NCBI GenBank assembly: GCA_965261395.1
Contig: OZ253462.1
Location: forward strand, 256,001-320,000
DNA: 64,000 nt
Direction of reading: 5' to 3'
Source: Candidatus Latescibacterota bacterium
GTDB lineage: Bacteria > Latescibacterota > UBA2968 > UBA8231
The notes beneath the pieces are model-generated. The model saw only the letters and a list, made by a program, of their open reading frames with translations. It was not told where the DNA came from and did not search any database. A program made the position numbers and the translations under genes. Shown here piece by piece: positions 62,501-64,000 of this stretch (its first letter is position 1; each line of letters starts with the position of its first letter).

Positions 62501-64000
62501 TAGGGGATTGAAACGCCAATTTATTGATATTCTGTACTCGGCCAATCTGCCAAGGTTTGGAATATTGACCCGATTACTAGGGGATTGAAACATGATCGTC
62601 AGATTCTTGTAGATCGACCACTATATCTTCCGTTTGGAATATTGACCCGATTACTAGGGGATTGAAACTCTCTCTCCGCTCTCCTTTCTGCCTTTTTCTT
62701 TTCGCGGTTTGGAATATTGACCCGATTACTAGGGGATTGAAACTTCCATATAGCAACACGATCCTTCAATAATCCTTTATGTTTGGAATATTGACCCGAT
62801 TACTAGGGGATTGAAACTCAGGACCGCGACGACATAAAGGATCAAGACTCTCGCTACGTTTGGAATATTGACCCGATTACTAGGGGATTGAAACCATGTA
62901 GGTCTTGGAGTCGGGGTCTCGATACTCGTCTTCGTTTGGAATATTGACCCGATTACTAGGGGATTGAAACCAATCATGGCGTCCTCCTCACCAGTGATAC
63001 TCGCCCTTGCGTTTGGAATATTGACCCGATTACTAGGGGATTGAAACTCTTCGTGCAGCCGGGCGGCCCGGCGAGCAAGCAGCCCTGTTTGGAATATTGA
63101 CCCGATTACTAGGGGATTGAAACATTATCTCAAAAAGGAATTTTTACCTCGTTTCGAGTCCAGTAGTTTGGAATATTGACCCGATTACTAGGGGATTGAA
63201 ACCGATGGCGCCGTCGCGTATGGACGCTATGAGGTTCTCAGACGTTTGGAATATTGACCCGATTACTAGGGGATTGAAACTGCTATTCAGCAACGACAGG
63301 TAGCTCTCGACATTCTGCTCGGTTTGGAATATTGACCCGATTACTAGGGGATTGAAACCTTTACAAGCGAAATTAAGTCAATTAGTGTCGGTCGTGGCGA
63401 CACTAAGTTTGGAATATTGACCCGATTACTAGGGGATTGAAACAAAGGAAGTTGGCGTATTATCGGAGGATACCGGCTTGTCGTGTTTGGAATATTGACC
63501 CGATTACTAGGGGATTGAAACCCGCCGGCGCGTAAGATGTTCGGCCCCCCACAAGACCGGTTTGGAATATTGACCCGATTACTAGGGGATTGAAACCCTT
63601 TTTAGTGAACATTTGGGCAGCGTATCCCCACCCTACTGTTTGGAATATTGACCCGATTACTAGGGGATTGAAACCCCGACCGCTTACGGGCGTCGAGATG
63701 GCCGCTACGTCGTTTGGAATATTGACCCGATTACTAGGGGATTGAAACGTCAAGCAATGGCTTACAGAGTTCAAACTCAGGATAAGATGTTTGGAATATT
63801 GACCCGATTACTAGGGGATTGAAACTTCTCTTCGTGATCCCTGTCGACGAAGGCGTAGTCTGCGTTTGGAATATTGACCCGATTACTAGGGGATTGAAAC
63901 TTCCACGACTCCTCCGTCGCCATCGAGAAGTTGCAAACCGGCGTTTGGAATATTGACCCGATTACTAGGGGATTGAAACGTGCGACCATTGAAATACCCC
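59552..64000 (+). CRISPR. CRISPR array; 37-nt repeat GTTTGGAATATTGACCCGATTACTAGGGGATTGAAAC; 58 repeats visible; spacers about 37-48 nt; continues beyond the window
   Basis: Apparently invariant repeats from 59552 to 63979 at about 77-nt period (manual count). The 3' ATTGAAAC handle and the position of the leader fix the orientation as +. Confidence 0.99.

Noticed and set aside
59560-63989. ORFs of 60-143 aa with repeated FQSPSNRVNIPN / VWNIDPITRGLK
   Set aside because: These are translations of the CRISPR repeats, not genes.
63980-64000. Possible self-targeting: partial last spacer shares GTGCGACCATTG with gltB near 4273
   Set aside because: The match is only 12 nt and then diverges, which is compatible with chance. 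A full self-match search could not be run.

Overview
GC-rich bacterial genomic window. Bases 1-45300 are mostly housekeeping and catabolic genes: RcnA-like metal exporter (partial), gltD/gltB, an Lrp/AsnC regulator, pntB/pntA, hpf, gltA, a CocE hydrolase, a heparinase-like secreted protein, a UDG-like glycosylase, glutaminyl cyclase, moaB, uvrA, a MetE-like enzyme, hemB, a sulfatase, an ECF sigma/anti-sigma pair, pyrD and others. This part also has a few REP-like palindromes and a candidate structured ncRNA near 24970-25140. From 45316 to the end lies a defence locus: AAA-ATPase/PD-(D/E)XK gene, cas6, a CARF(NE0113-type)-sigma54 activator fusion, ykvA/DUF1232, cas10-csm2-csm3-csm4-csm5 (type III-A), a DUF433 remnant, a CARF-RelE (Cami1-like) effector, cas1, cas2, a leader, and an array of 58 visible 37-nt repeats that runs off the window. 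The main finding is an apparent CRISPR-signal-driven transcription circuit. The CARF-bEBP gene is followed directly by two phased TGCA-N4-TGCA palindromes and a near-consensus sigma54 -24/-12 promoter (TGGCACG-N4-TTGC) pointing into ykvA-cas10-csm. This suggests that cyclic oligoadenylate made by Cas10 switches on sigma54-dependent transcription of the interference operon; that function is inferred and untested. All family assignments come from motif recognition by eye; no database searches were run.
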